A stretch of 64,000 bases of DNA from Pseudomonadota bacterium (GTDB taxonomy: Bacteria > Pseudomonadota > Alphaproteobacteria > Micavibrionales > UBA2020). Within the stretch, counting starts at the first letter, position 1; each line of letters begins with the position of its first letter. The stretch is from the NCBI GenBank assembly GCA_021845905.1, contig JAJZVA010000011.1:20682-84681 (forward strand), read 5' to 3'. The translations under genes and the position numbers were made by a program. Below, piece after piece: positions 38,624 through 47,902 of the stretch. The notes beneath the pieces were generated by a model. The model did not search any database, had not been told where the DNA came from, and saw only the letters and a list, made by a program, of their open reading frames with translations.

Positions 38624-39313
38624 ATGATCGTTGAAATACTGGCAAAAGCGCTGCGCAATCTCTTTTTGCCGGGCATTCTCAAGCTTTTCCTGCTGTGCCT
38701 GCTGGCTTACGTCATCGGCTGGGGCGCGCTGGCGTGGGGCCTTTCAGGACTTGTCGGCCTTTATATAGGAACGGCGAGCACGCAGGGCTTCATGATGCAC
38801 CTCGTCGCCAGCATGGGCGGTGTGGTTGTCGCGTGGTTTCTCTTTCCGCTTTTATATCCTATCCTGATCAGCTTTTTCGACGACCAGATCGCGAACATCA
38901 TAGAAAGAGAGGACTACCCGCATCTCAAGCCGCCCGAGCCGCCTTTCTGGCCGACCGTCATGCACGACATCACATTCTCGATCAAAGCCATCGTGCTGAA
39001 CATCCTCTGCCTCGCGCTATGGCTGATCCCGCCCGTCTATATCGTCGTTTATTACGGCATGAACGGATATCTGCTCGGCATGCAGTTTTTCCGCATGATC
39101 GCGGGACGGCGCGTCAGCGTCGCGGAAGCGAATGTGCTGAAAAAAAAGGCGCATTACTCCATCCTCATGATCGGCGTGTCGATCAGCTTTTTTTCAACAG
39201 TGCCGTTTCTGAACCTCGCGGCGCCGCTCATCGGCATCGCCGCGATGGTCCATCTTTTTCAGTCCCTGCACGATCAGCCGCAACAAGACATATTCCCGCC
39301 CGGCGTGTCCTGA
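38624..39313 (+). CDS. EI24/CysZ-like (DUF540) membrane protein
   Basis: 229-aa polytopic membrane protein whose topology and N-terminus resemble the EI24/CysZ family. Assignment is tentative. Confidence 0.55.
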   Translation: MIVEILAKALRNLFLPGILKLFLLCLLAYVIGWGALAWGLSGLVGLYIGTASTQGFMMHLVASMGGVVVAWFLFPLLYPILISFFDDQIANIIEREDYPHLKPPEPPFWPTVMHDITFSIKAIVLNILCLALWLIPPVYIVVYYGMNGYLLGMQFFRMIAGRRVSVAEANVLKKKAHYSILMIGVSISFFSTVPFLNLAAPLIGIAAMVHLFQSLHDQPQQDIFPPGVS

Positions 39314-39317
39314 CGTC

Positions 39318-39638
39318 TTAACGCAGATCGAGCGGAATCACGATGTTGAACCCGGACGGAGCCACGGGGCGCTCGACAATCACCGGCGGCGCAGGGCTGT
39401 AAAAAACCTCAAGGCGCCCGTCTCTGTCGTAATAATAGTGACGGTATTCGACGGGGCGTTGATAGCGCCAACGCGCGTCATGGTCGTAATGCTCTCGAAC
39501 ATATCTCTGATGTTCGTACCTTTCATGATGGCGCCAGCCGTCATCGTCCGCGCGCGCCGTGCCGGAGAACATTCCCGTCAATCCGATAACTGCCGCCATG
39601 ACAAATACGGCCCGCGCGCGTTTGCATTGTTTTTTCAT
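39318..39638 (-). CDS. Small exported His/Arg/Tyr/Asp-rich protein
   Basis: 106 aa with a signal peptide (AVFVMAAVIGLTGMFSGTARA). The mature part is rich in H/R/Y/D and includes RHYYYDRDGRL, which resembles a motif in the TpsA-like tail. Confidence 0.5.
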   Translation of the reverse strand: MKKQCKRARAVFVMAAVIGLTGMFSGTARADDDGWRHHERYEHQRYVREHYDHDARWRYQRPVEYRHYYYDRDGRLEVFYSPAPPVIVERPVAPSGFNIVIPLDLR

Positions 39639-39862
39639 TTTTCTTCTCCTTTATTTCACCGTTGCCCTGACGGCAACCATACTTCCAGCATGACAGCGCC
39701 CGTCATGTCCGGATATGGCGCGCGCATTAAAAATATTTAAGGTCTTTTACCTTTAAAAACACAGGCATTTTTGCCGGATTATGTTTTCAGCAGCCTTTTC
39801 ATGCATGACTCGTCCCTTCCGGAATGTTACTAAATAAAAAACCCAGAACAGCAGGAGACACC

Positions 39863-40402
39863 ATGCAAAAAACAAAACACATCGCGATAGCTTTGCTCGT
39901 GACGTTTGCGGCGCTTTTTCTTTCCAAACCGGCACAGGCTGCGGCGATGCCGCAAGCCGGCATGCAGGCGCCCGGCTTTACGCTCCCCGATCAGGCAGGC
40001 GATAAAATTTCCCTCAAGCAATTCCGCGGCAAATGGGTCGTCCTTTATTTTTACCTGAAAGACCTCACGCCCGGATGCTCGATCGAGGCGCACAACTTCC
40101 AGCGCGATCTGGACAAATACAAAGCCGAAAACGCCGTCATCCTCGGCATCAGCGTTGACAGCGCCGCGTCTCACAAAATCTTCGCGGAGAAAGACGGCCT
40201 GCACTTCGACCTTCTCGCCGACACCACCCATGCCGTCAGCGAAGAATACGGCTCGCTCATGACCTTCATGGGACATGTCATGTCTGAGCGCAACACCTTC
40301 CTGATAGATCCCAAAGGCGTCATCCGCAAAGTCTACGTCAAGGTAAACCCGATCACGCACAGCGGCAACGTTCTGGCGGATCTCGCCAAGCTGGAAAAAT
40401 AG
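39863..40402 (+). CDS. bcp: Peroxiredoxin (Bcp/AhpC-TSA family) with predicted signal peptide
   Basis: Peroxidatic Cys context (DLTPGCSIEAHNF) and a Bcp-like core. N-terminal MQKTKHIAIALLVTFAALFLSKPAQA looks like a signal peptide. An AGGAGA SD precedes the ATG at 39863. Confidence 0.8.
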   Translation: MQKTKHIAIALLVTFAALFLSKPAQAAAMPQAGMQAPGFTLPDQAGDKISLKQFRGKWVVLYFYLKDLTPGCSIEAHNFQRDLDKYKAENAVILGISVDSAASHKIFAEKDGLHFDLLADTTHAVSEEYGSLMTFMGHVMSERNTFLIDPKGVIRKVYVKVNPITHSGNVLADLAKLEK

Positions 40403-40404
40403 AC

Positions 40405-41061
40405 ATGAGCCTGACCCTGTCGGCAGGGCGGATGTTCGCGGGCATTTTTTCCTGCGCGCAGCCGCATGCGCCGCCCGTGACGTTGATTTTTCACGACAAC
40501 CCGCCGCAAATCCGCACCGGACAGCCGCCCACCCGCATGATGTCCTTGCGCAAAAAGTCCATCTCGCCGGATTACGGCGGCGCGTTCCCCGAGGTCGACG
40601 GACTGACCAGCGGCACGTTCAAGATCAAATACAGCCTCAACTTCACGGACGAAGAGCAAGTAATGCGCGACAGCGCCTGCGTGTGGACGAAAAACGCCCG
40701 CATCAGCGTCACCTACACGCCCGTCATTTATATTAGTAAAAAAGCCCCTCCGGGCAGCTGCCGGTATAAAGAGACGATCGCGCATGAAATGCGCCATGTC
40801 GGCGCAGACTTAAGCAGCATCAACGAATTCCTGCCGGAAATAAGATCTTCGGCCGAAGCCGCACTCGCGCCGCAACACGATCCGAGACCCGTCAGGAAAA
40901 AAGAAGTCGATGCGTTTCAGAAAAAAATATCAAACAGGCTCTCGCGCACGATTGAAAAAATAACCGCCGCGCTGCAACGCACGCGCAAGATCCGCCAAAT
41001 GAAAATCGATACGCGCCAGGAATATGAACGCCTGTCGCACGCCTGCCCGCAGGAACGATAG
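40405..41061 (+). CDS. Hypothetical protein with HExxH motif (possible secreted/lipoprotein Zn-metalloprotease)
   Basis: Contains TIAHEMRHV (HExxH). Possible lipobox-like GIFSC near the N-terminus. Starts 2 nt after the bcp stop. Family assignment is not secure. Confidence 0.45.
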   Translation: MSLTLSAGRMFAGIFSCAQPHAPPVTLIFHDNPPQIRTGQPPTRMMSLRKKSISPDYGGAFPEVDGLTSGTFKIKYSLNFTDEEQVMRDSACVWTKNARISVTYTPVIYISKKAPPGSCRYKETIAHEMRHVGADLSSINEFLPEIRSSAEAALAPQHDPRPVRKKEVDAFQKKISNRLSRTIEKITAALQRTRKIRQMKIDTRQEYERLSHACPQER

Positions 41062-41070
41062 ATTTTAACG

Positions 41071-42714
41071 CTAGATGATCTCGCGCCGCGCTTCCCAGCG
41101 CACCGTCGTCGGCGACATGCCCGTGCGACCTGACAAAACGATTTGCAATGTCAGCACGGGATTTTCATCCGACCCGACATAAACGCTCTCCTCGATGGAA
41201 ACGTCCGCCCCCGAAGCGCTGAACCGCCAACACAGGCCGCTTTTGGAGCAAAGCACCAGCGCAGCGCCTTCCAGAGAGGCATGGATATCGGGATGCAGGT
41301 GGAACCGCACGGCAAACGGCACGCCCGTGCGGCCCGCGAGCTGCTCTTCCCCGCGCAACGTCTCTCCTGTATCCTGCAACTGCACGCGGCGCACGCAATT
41401 CAACCCGAAGCGCGGCGCATAGCCGTCATGAGAGGCTTCTATTAAAGCCATGTCGGCGCTTTCCTGACGGCTGGCGCGCACATGCGGATAGCTGAACAAC
41501 GGGCTTTCGCCGTCGAGCGGACAGGCATTACGGTTGTCCACGGCCAGCGCCGAATGCGCAAGCGTGGAGCGCAGGACGCGCCGCCACTTTCCATCGACGC
41601 CTGACGTGCCGCAGTTCACGAACACGCGCTCGCGTCCGTAAGAGTATTCAATGCTCAGTAACCCCGCATGAGCGCGGTCGCTGTAACCGGAAGACAACGG
41701 AACGCCGGTATCCATGATCAGGCTGGAGCGTCCCTGACAAATGCGCTCGTAGCCCCCCTGCGGCAGGGATTTCATCGCCCTGCCCCGCGCGGCGGAACGC
41801 ATCAGCGTCACGTCGCAAAGATGCGCGTTCCCCTCCTGCCCGCCGTTGAATTGCGCAAGGGTTCCGTCGCCATGACGGAAGAACTTGACCGCAGGCGTGA
41901 TCCTGTCGATCGCATGCTGCAATTCTTCGGGCATTTCGAACTTCGCCGCGATCAGCGCCGTGCGCAAATCCACAAGGCACTGCAAGAAAGCGAACGTCTG
42001 CTGCGGACTGCGCGAAATGTGCGACCCGTCCGGCAAAATCTGCTCCTTGATCTGCCCGATGATGAGCGCAAAAGCCTGTTCCAGACGCGTCTCGCCCCCT
42101 TCGATCGCAAGGCCGGCATAAGCAAGGCCGCGGAGCGCATGCATCAGCGGCAACCCCGTAAGGGCGCCGGGCAAGGCTTTCGCAAGATAACGCGTCTGGC
42201 GCGCAAGGCTGGAAAAGTAATTCTTGCGGAACGTTTCATCTGCCGTCGCGCAGAAAAAATCATGAAACGCGATCCATGAAGCGACACGCGCGCCGGTGAT
42301 GTCCGCCCGCCACGCCATCTGCTCGAATTTGGGATAGGTTTCGATCCACAAGGCGACCATCTCGCGCGCCATGCGCCGCGCGCGCTCGCCGCCCACGGAG
42401 CGCAGGTCGCGCAGCCATTCGAACCCGTGCAACGCGGCAATCCACTCCTCCGTCGCGCCTTCAGGAGCCCACGATAAATTTTCTTTTTCGATCGCCTGAC
42501 CGGCAAAGCTGAAAAGCCCGGAAACCATGTCACGCCCGCGTGCCGCATCGCCCGGCCAGGCATCGGGAGGAATGGTCCGCAACTGGTCCGGCACGCGCGG
42601 CGCCAGAGCCAGTTGCGGAAGAAAGTCGCCGAACGCCATGTCTTTCGTGATGGAACCCAGACGCAACAATGGCTTCACGCCCCGAAAGACAAGGCCGGTT
42701 TCAGTCAGTATCAT
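41071..42714 (-). CDS. Heparinase II/III-family protein
   Basis: 547 aa. Its N-terminal half (LHGFEWLRDLRS...WIAFHDFF) and its length resemble the alphaproteobacterial heparinase II/III-like family commonly found near rsmB. Confidence 0.7.
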   Translation of the reverse strand: MILTETGLVFRGVKPLLRLGSITKDMAFGDFLPQLALAPRVPDQLRTIPPDAWPGDAARGRDMVSGLFSFAGQAIEKENLSWAPEGATEEWIAALHGFEWLRDLRSVGGERARRMAREMVALWIETYPKFEQMAWRADITGARVASWIAFHDFFCATADETFRKNYFSSLARQTRYLAKALPGALTGLPLMHALRGLAYAGLAIEGGETRLEQAFALIIGQIKEQILPDGSHISRSPQQTFAFLQCLVDLRTALIAAKFEMPEELQHAIDRITPAVKFFRHGDGTLAQFNGGQEGNAHLCDVTLMRSAARGRAMKSLPQGGYERICQGRSSLIMDTGVPLSSGYSDRAHAGLLSIEYSYGRERVFVNCGTSGVDGKWRRVLRSTLAHSALAVDNRNACPLDGESPLFSYPHVRASRQESADMALIEASHDGYAPRFGLNCVRRVQLQDTGETLRGEEQLAGRTGVPFAVRFHLHPDIHASLEGAALVLCSKSGLCWRFSASGADVSIEESVYVGSDENPVLTLQIVLSGRTGMSPTTVRWEARREII

Positions 42715-42800
42715 CCGTTCATTTTGCCCTCCGGCCCCCGCCGGAGAACACTCCCCTTGATATCGTCAGCCGCAGGCCCATTCCCGCGGCTCCCCAAAGT

Positions 42801-43451
42801 TTAGTTAAGGAGACGTTGTATCGCCTCTCTATAGTCTTTTTCTTTGAAGATCGCCGTGCCTGCCACAAGCACATCCGCCCCATTTCGGATGACTTCCGGT
42901 GCCGTTTCGGCGTTTATGCCCCCGTCGACTTCCAGATCAATCGCGCGGCCGCACTTGCCTATGCGTTCGCGCACAGCCCTGATCTTGTCGAGCAGAGGAA
43001 TAAATTTTTGCCCGCCAAATCCCGGATTGACCGTCATGACCAGCACCAGATCGATCTCCGGCAGGAGATGATCGAGCACGTCGACGGGCGTCGCGGGATT
43101 GAGCGCAATGCCTGCCTTCTTGCCGAAGGACTTGATGAGTTGCACGGTGCGGTGCGGATGCGCGCCCGCCTCCGGATGAAACGTGATGATGTCCGCTCCA
43201 GCTTTCGCGAAGCCTTCGATGAAAGGATCGACCGGCGCGATCATGAGATGCACGTCGAAAATCTTTTTTGAGACCTTGCGAATCGAGGAGACGACGACGG
43301 GACCGATGGTGAGGTTCGGCACGAAATGTCCGTCCATCACATCGATGTGAATATAATCTGCGCCAGCCTCGTCCACGGCGCGGACCTCTTCTCCGAGCTT
43401 TGAAAAATCCGCCGACAATATGGATGGCGCTATGCGAACCCCTTGACTCAT
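42801..43451 (-). CDS. rpe: Ribulose-phosphate 3-epimerase
   Basis: [17 protein letters not shown]...[17 protein letters not shown]...[13 protein letters not shown], the canonical Rpe pattern. Confidence 0.93.
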   Translation of the reverse strand: MSQGVRIAPSILSADFSKLGEEVRAVDEAGADYIHIDVMDGHFVPNLTIGPVVVSSIRKVSKKIFDVHLMIAPVDPFIEGFAKAGADIITFHPEAGAHPHRTVQLIKSFGKKAGIALNPATPVDVLDHLLPEIDLVLVMTVNPGFGGQKFIPLLDKIRAVRERIGKCGRAIDLEVDGGINAETAPEVIRNGADVLVAGTAIFKEKDYREAIQRLLN

Positions 43452-43463
43452 AAGAATTTTATA

Positions 43464-44789
43464 TCAGACTCTGGCGAATCGGGCAACAAAGAAACCGTCG
43501 ATTCCGTTAAAATCCTTCCACTGATTCGGCAAACAGCGGATTTCGCCGCGTTCAGCGATCATTTCTTTGAGTTCTGGAATCCCATTATGAGTCACAGGCA
43601 GGCGTTGCAATGGCAACCCTTGCGACAAAACCCACTCCGCCTGCTCTTCGCTTTCGGCTTTCTGAAGCGAACATGTGCAATAAACGAGCGTGCCGCCCGG
43701 CTTCAGCATCTCCGCCGCGTTCAGCAACAGGCGGCGCTGAAGCACGACAAGCTTCTCCTGATCTTTCGGTTCCTTGAGATGAAGAATGTCCGGCTGGTGG
43801 CGGATCGTGCCCGTCGCGGTGCAGGGCGCATCGAGCAGGACGGCATCGACGAGTTGCGGCGGTTTCCACGTCGCGCCGTCGGCGATCACTGTTTCAACAT
43901 CATCGAAATGCAAACGTTGCATATTTTCTTTCAAGCGCATCATGCGTTGTGCGGAACGGTCGACAGCGGTCACTTTCGCGCCAGCATTTGCGAGTTGCGC
44001 CGTTTTTCCGCCGGGCGCGGCGCACAAATCGACAACCGTTTTGCCCTTCACATCGCCGAGCAGCTTCGCGGGCAGCGCTGCCGCCGCGTTTTGAATCCAC
44101 CACGCGCCTTCCGCATAGCCTGTCATATCGGGAATAAAGCCGCCGACGGGTTTCCTCAAAGTTCCGGTCGGGAGCAGTATCGCGCCGAGTTTTTCCGCCC
44201 AGCGTTGCGCATCGCTTTTCACCGAGATATCCAGCGACGCGTCGCTCAAATTCGCCGCCGCGATATCCAGCGCCGTCTCGACGCCGTAATCTTTCATCCA
44301 TGCGTGCCACAACCATTCCGGCGTGTTGAATTTTCCGGCGTCGCGGTCTGTCATGTCGGGAAAACCCTCGCGCGCAAGGCGCCGCATCACGGCATTGACC
44401 AGCGCTTTCTGGTGCGCCATCCTCTCCGCCGCCGCCAGCTCCACCGTCGTGTTGACCGCCGCATGCTCCGGCGTGCCGAGGAAAACGAGTTGCGCGATGC
44501 CGAGACGGAAAACATTGGCGAGCGTTGCCGGTTTCAGCGCATCGAGAGGCTCGTGCAAAAAATGCGCCAGCACGGCATCCATCTGTCGCGCGCGCTTGAG
44601 AACAACGGCGACCAGCAACCGCACGAAGGCGCGGTCCCGCCCCGCCAGACGATCGAAGCCGCGCGCGGCAGCCAACCCTTCATCAAGACTACGGCGGTGA
44701 AAGAAAATATCATTCAAAACCGAAAACGCCACTTGCCGTGCGGCAAGACCATCCAACTTTCCATTCATGCATTCTAAATTCTTATCCAT
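43464..44789 (-). CDS. rsmB: 16S rRNA (cytosine-C5)-methyltransferase RsmB/Sun family
   Basis: NusB-like N-domain plus a SAM methyltransferase core (VVDLCAAPGGKT, DAPCTATGTIRHQPD, LVYCTCS). Confidence 0.88.
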   Translation of the reverse strand: MDKNLECMNGKLDGLAARQVAFSVLNDIFFHRRSLDEGLAAARGFDRLAGRDRAFVRLLVAVVLKRARQMDAVLAHFLHEPLDALKPATLANVFRLGIAQLVFLGTPEHAAVNTTVELAAAERMAHQKALVNAVMRRLAREGFPDMTDRDAGKFNTPEWLWHAWMKDYGVETALDIAAANLSDASLDISVKSDAQRWAEKLGAILLPTGTLRKPVGGFIPDMTGYAEGAWWIQNAAAALPAKLLGDVKGKTVVDLCAAPGGKTAQLANAGAKVTAVDRSAQRMMRLKENMQRLHFDDVETVIADGATWKPPQLVDAVLLDAPCTATGTIRHQPDILHLKEPKDQEKLVVLQRRLLLNAAEMLKPGGTLVYCTCSLQKAESEEQAEWVLSQGLPLQRLPVTHNGIPELKEMIAERGEIRCLPNQWKDFNGIDGFFVARFARV

Positions 44790-44930
44790 GCCCCATGATA
44801 ATTTAAGATATTGGAATTTAAATGAATTTTTTATAATAATTTAGTTGACGTAATAATTAATTGCGCATACATTGTCATACATTACTTTTATAACAATTGC
44901 ACAGCACATGTAAACAAAAAGGACATTACC

Positions 44931-45353
44931 ATGGATGAACAACTGAAACGCCAGATTGAATTTCACCTGGCCAACAAAAAACTCGAACGCTTGGTCGAGC
45001 TCAGCATAGAATTTAGAAAGGCGGTAGAGTCCGCCCTTGAGCAGGACGTACAGATTCAACAGAAAATTTTAGAAAGCGTGAAACCTGAAGAGATGAAATC
45101 AATCCAAAGTCTGCTTCAACAAGTTGCATCTGAAAGCCTCGACTTTATGCACGACAGCACCCTCGGCCTCAATCACAGCCACAGTTTTCTGAAGAAAAAT
45201 CTTGAATTGAGTGAAATCACCGCCGATCTCTTTTTACGCGTTGAACAAAAAGAAACAGTTGCCTCCTTCATTCCAGCCGCGCTCAAAAATGAAAAAGATG
45301 CAGAAGCGTTGAAAAAAGCTGGTGCGCCGAAAATCGCCAGCCTCTGCGTTTAA
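44931..45353 (+). CDS. Hypothetical helical protein (140 aa), low-GC gene
   Basis: ORF preceded by a strongly AT-rich 140-bp region. The coding sequence is visibly A/T-richer than its neighbours. Lys/Glu/Leu-rich, with no motif recognised. Confidence 0.5.
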   Translation: MDEQLKRQIEFHLANKKLERLVELSIEFRKAVESALEQDVQIQQKILESVKPEEMKSIQSLLQQVASESLDFMHDSTLGLNHSHSFLKKNLELSEITADLFLRVEQKETVASFIPAALKNEKDAEALKKAGAPKIASLCV

Positions 45354-45391
45354 TGCATAAATGCAAAAGAAACCCAGCTCAGGGGGCTTTT

Positions 45392-45712
45392 TTATTTTTT
45401 GCGCACTTTTGCTTTCGACTTGATCTCGTCCTCAAGCCCGCAGGACTGGTAAATAATGGCGGAATAAAGCGCATAGAGGAACTGCGGGTTGAGGCCGAGC
45501 TTCTTGCCCGCGGCAACGCGCGTATTGCGCACTTCCTCCACGCGGTCATGCAGAAAGGACGGCAAGCCGTATTTCGTCTTGATCTTCGCCACCTTGGCCA
45601 CGACGCCAAAACGCCGCGCCAGCAACTTCAGAATCCGCGCATCGATATCGTTGATCTCCTTGCGATAGGGCTTGAGAAGCTTCGCCGCGCGTTTTTGATC
45701 GTCTTCTTCCAT
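45392..45712 (-). CDS. Chorismate mutase (AroQ class)
   Basis: 106 aa with an AroQ signature (LKPYRKEINDIDARILKLLARR...). Confidence 0.85.
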   Translation of the reverse strand: MEEDDQKRAAKLLKPYRKEINDIDARILKLLARRFGVVAKVAKIKTKYGLPSFLHDRVEEVRNTRVAAGKKLGLNPQFLYALYSAIIYQSCGLEDEIKSKAKVRKK

Positions 45713-45718
45713 GGCTTT

Positions 45719-46318
45719 TCACATCGGCGCGACGTTGACGTTGAAGTCGCGCGCGATTTTGTAAAGCCCGCCGTTGCTGCCTTGCCCGACGGCCTTGAAC
45801 TTCCAGCCCATGCCGATGCGGTTTATTTCTCCGAAGACATAGGCATTGTCGCTCGCCGCGCCGTCCGTAAGTCCGAACCGCGCCAGCTCCTCTTGCGTAT
45901 CGAGGTTGACGATGCGGATGTAGGCGTTTTTGACAAGCCCGAAATTTTGCTGCCGCTCCTCCGCATTGTGTATGGTCACGGTGAAAACGACCTTCTCGAC
46001 ATCGAAGTGCAACGCCTCTAAATCGATGTCGATCGTTTCGCGGTCGCCCTCGCCGCCTTCCAGCGTGTCGCCGTGATGCTTGACGATCCCGCCGTCCGTC
46101 TCGAGGTTGTTGTAAAAAACGAAGTCCTTGTCATTGCGTACTCGGTCGTCGCGCCCAAGCAGGAAGCAACTGCCGTCAAGATCGACTGGAAATCCCTGGC
46201 TTTCCTCCGGCGCTTCCCAGCCGATGCAGACGCGCACACGGTGCAAGCCGGGATCAACCTCGTGCAGGTTGACTTCCTGCCCCTGCAGCAGTTCGCGCCA
46301 TAGCTTGTTATTCGTCAT
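45719..46318 (-). CDS. TerD-domain protein (tellurite-resistance/Ca-binding TerD family)
   Basis: 199 aa from the ATG at 46318. TerD-like motifs (DLDGSCFLLG, FVFYNN, GDTLEGGEGDRETIDIDL, YIRIVN...GEI). Confidence 0.85.
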   Translation of the reverse strand: MTNNKLWRELLQGQEVNLHEVDPGLHRVRVCIGWEAPEESQGFPVDLDGSCFLLGRDDRVRNDKDFVFYNNLETDGGIVKHHGDTLEGGEGDRETIDIDLEALHFDVEKVVFTVTIHNAEERQQNFGLVKNAYIRIVNLDTQEELARFGLTDGAASDNAYVFGEINRIGMGWKFKAVGQGSNGGLYKIARDFNVNVAPM

Positions 46319-46338
46319 CTCAATACGACCGTTTCTGT

Positions 46339-47325
46339 TTATGTTTCCTTTAGAACACTGAGCAGCCTTTGCATGTCCTCCGGCAAAGCGCATTCCAAAC
46401 TGACTTTAGTTTCGCTGATCGGGTGGATAAATTCAAGGGCTGCGGCATGCAGCGCCTGCCGCGGAAAATCCAGCAAGGCCTCGGTCACGGCGGGAGCTGT
46501 CTTGTTGAGACGCAGGAATTTCTGCGCCGACGCGCGTCCATAAACCGGATCGCCGACCAGCCAGTGTTTTATATGCGCCATATGAACGCGGATCTGATGC
46601 GTGCGCCCCGTTTGCAGGCGACATTCAACCAGCGACGCCATAAGGCCGAAATTTTGAAGTTTTTTATAATCCGTCACTGCCGTCTTGCCGCCGGAAGCCA
46701 GCACGGTCATTTTCTTGCGGTTTGTCTTGCTGCGGCCGATTTGCGTTTCAATATGCCCCGTCGCCGGCGACACGTCCCCCCAAACGATGGCCTGATACGT
46801 GCGCTTGAGCGTGCGCGCCGCAAGCTGCTCCGAAAGCCCGTGATGCGCCGCGTCGTTTTTGGCAACGACCATCAAACCCGACGTTTCCTTGTCGAGCCGG
46901 TGGACGATGCCCGGGCGCTTCACCCCGCCGATGCCCGAAAGCGTATCGCCGCAATAGGCCAGCAATGCGTTGACCAGCGTGCCTTCATGGTTTCCCGCCG
47001 CCGGATGCACGACCATGTCCGGTGCCTTGTTGACCACCAGCAGATCGTCGTCTTCATAAACGATATCGAGCTTGATTTTCTGCGGTTGCGGCGTCGCCTC
47101 GACCGCGGGCGGAATGACGACGGTGAATGCCTCGTCGCCCTTCACTTTATAAGCGCCGTCATCGAGCGTTTTGCCAGCGCAGGAAACATGCCCCGCCGCG
47201 ATCAGCGCCTGAAACCGCGCGCGTGAAATTTGCGGCGCATGCGCGGCCAGTACCTTGTCGAGACGCTGTCCCTTATCCGCCGCGCTGACGGAAATAATCA
47301 AATTTTCCATTGTTTCCACGGACAT
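46339..47325 (-). CDS. rluD: RluA-family 23S rRNA pseudouridine synthase (RluD-like)
   Basis: S4-like N-terminus plus a catalytic motif (GIVHRLDKETSGLMVVAK) and an RluD-like C-terminus. Confidence 0.88.
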   Translation of the reverse strand: MSVETMENLIISVSAADKGQRLDKVLAAHAPQISRARFQALIAAGHVSCAGKTLDDGAYKVKGDEAFTVVIPPAVEATPQPQKIKLDIVYEDDDLLVVNKAPDMVVHPAAGNHEGTLVNALLAYCGDTLSGIGGVKRPGIVHRLDKETSGLMVVAKNDAAHHGLSEQLAARTLKRTYQAIVWGDVSPATGHIETQIGRSKTNRKKMTVLASGGKTAVTDYKKLQNFGLMASLVECRLQTGRTHQIRVHMAHIKHWLVGDPVYGRASAQKFLRLNKTAPAVTEALLDFPRQALHAAALEFIHPISETKVSLECALPEDMQRLLSVLKET

Positions 47326-47406
47326 GCCCTTTTATCGTCAATATACCCCGAAACAAGCGGGCAAGGCCATGCGCTGTCTGCTTTGTCGAATTTGGAAGAG
47401 CGAGGC

Positions 47407-47646
47407 TCAGATCCGGCGACGAACAGGGGTCTGGCTTGTAACAGCACTGCTGGTTTCCTGCCAGAAGCTGGCGCCGGCATCGCTCAGGCGGCGTTTGGTC
47501 AGATTGTCGATGGACGGCGTCTTGATGCAGTGGTTGACAAAATCGACATCAAGGACGCGCGACGACATCACCAGCATGCAGTGGACGTCTTCAAGATTCT
47601 CTTTCGTGCACTGCACGACATAAAGTTGGTTATCGTTGCTATTCAT
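47407..47646 (-). CDS. Possible small hypothetical protein (79 aa)
   Basis: An ORF only, upstream of and co-oriented with rluD. No motif or clear SD recognised. Confidence 0.3.
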   Translation of the reverse strand: MNSNDNQLYVVQCTKENLEDVHCMLVMSSRVLDVDFVNHCIKTPSIDNLTKRRLSDAGASFWQETSSAVTSQTPVRRRI

Positions 47647-47824
47647 TTTTGTGGCTACTTTTTGTGTTTTGTGAATTGTCGGCAGAATCTATCCCTCAAT
47701 GAGAAATTTTTCAAATGTTTCCGATAAAAAAATAATATATGCATGATTTTATTTAATAAAATATATTATTATGTAAATATAAATGCTTATTCTTCTTGCC
47801 CGGAGAGGCTTCCGACAGCCTGCA

Positions 47825-47839
47825 TTAAGAAAATGTTAA
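47825..47839. promoter_or_regulatory. CtrA-box-like motif TTAA-N7-TTAA
   Basis: TTAAGAAAATGTTAA, about 65-78 bp upstream of the MCP start codon in an AT-rich intergenic region. Pattern match only. Confidence 0.35.
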
Positions 47840-47902
47840 ATCACACCCGAGTATGATGGGCTGTGTTTGCTTTGACTAACAAGGAAAAGGTGCATACCCA
47901 TC

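Noticed and set aside
38695-39321. 208-aa alternative-frame ORF inside the EI24/CysZ-like gene
   Set aside because: Arg/His-rich, non-membrane composition. The other frame gives a coherent polytopic membrane protein.
43443-44777. 444-aa plus-strand ORF antisense to rsmB. Similar antisense ORFs occur at 21960-23069, 26784-27902, 35713-36585, 31440-32510, 15288-16226, 10880-12064 and 52372-53721.
   Set aside because: All overlap genes with clear family signatures on the other strand. All have Arg-rich, motif-free translations and no start context.
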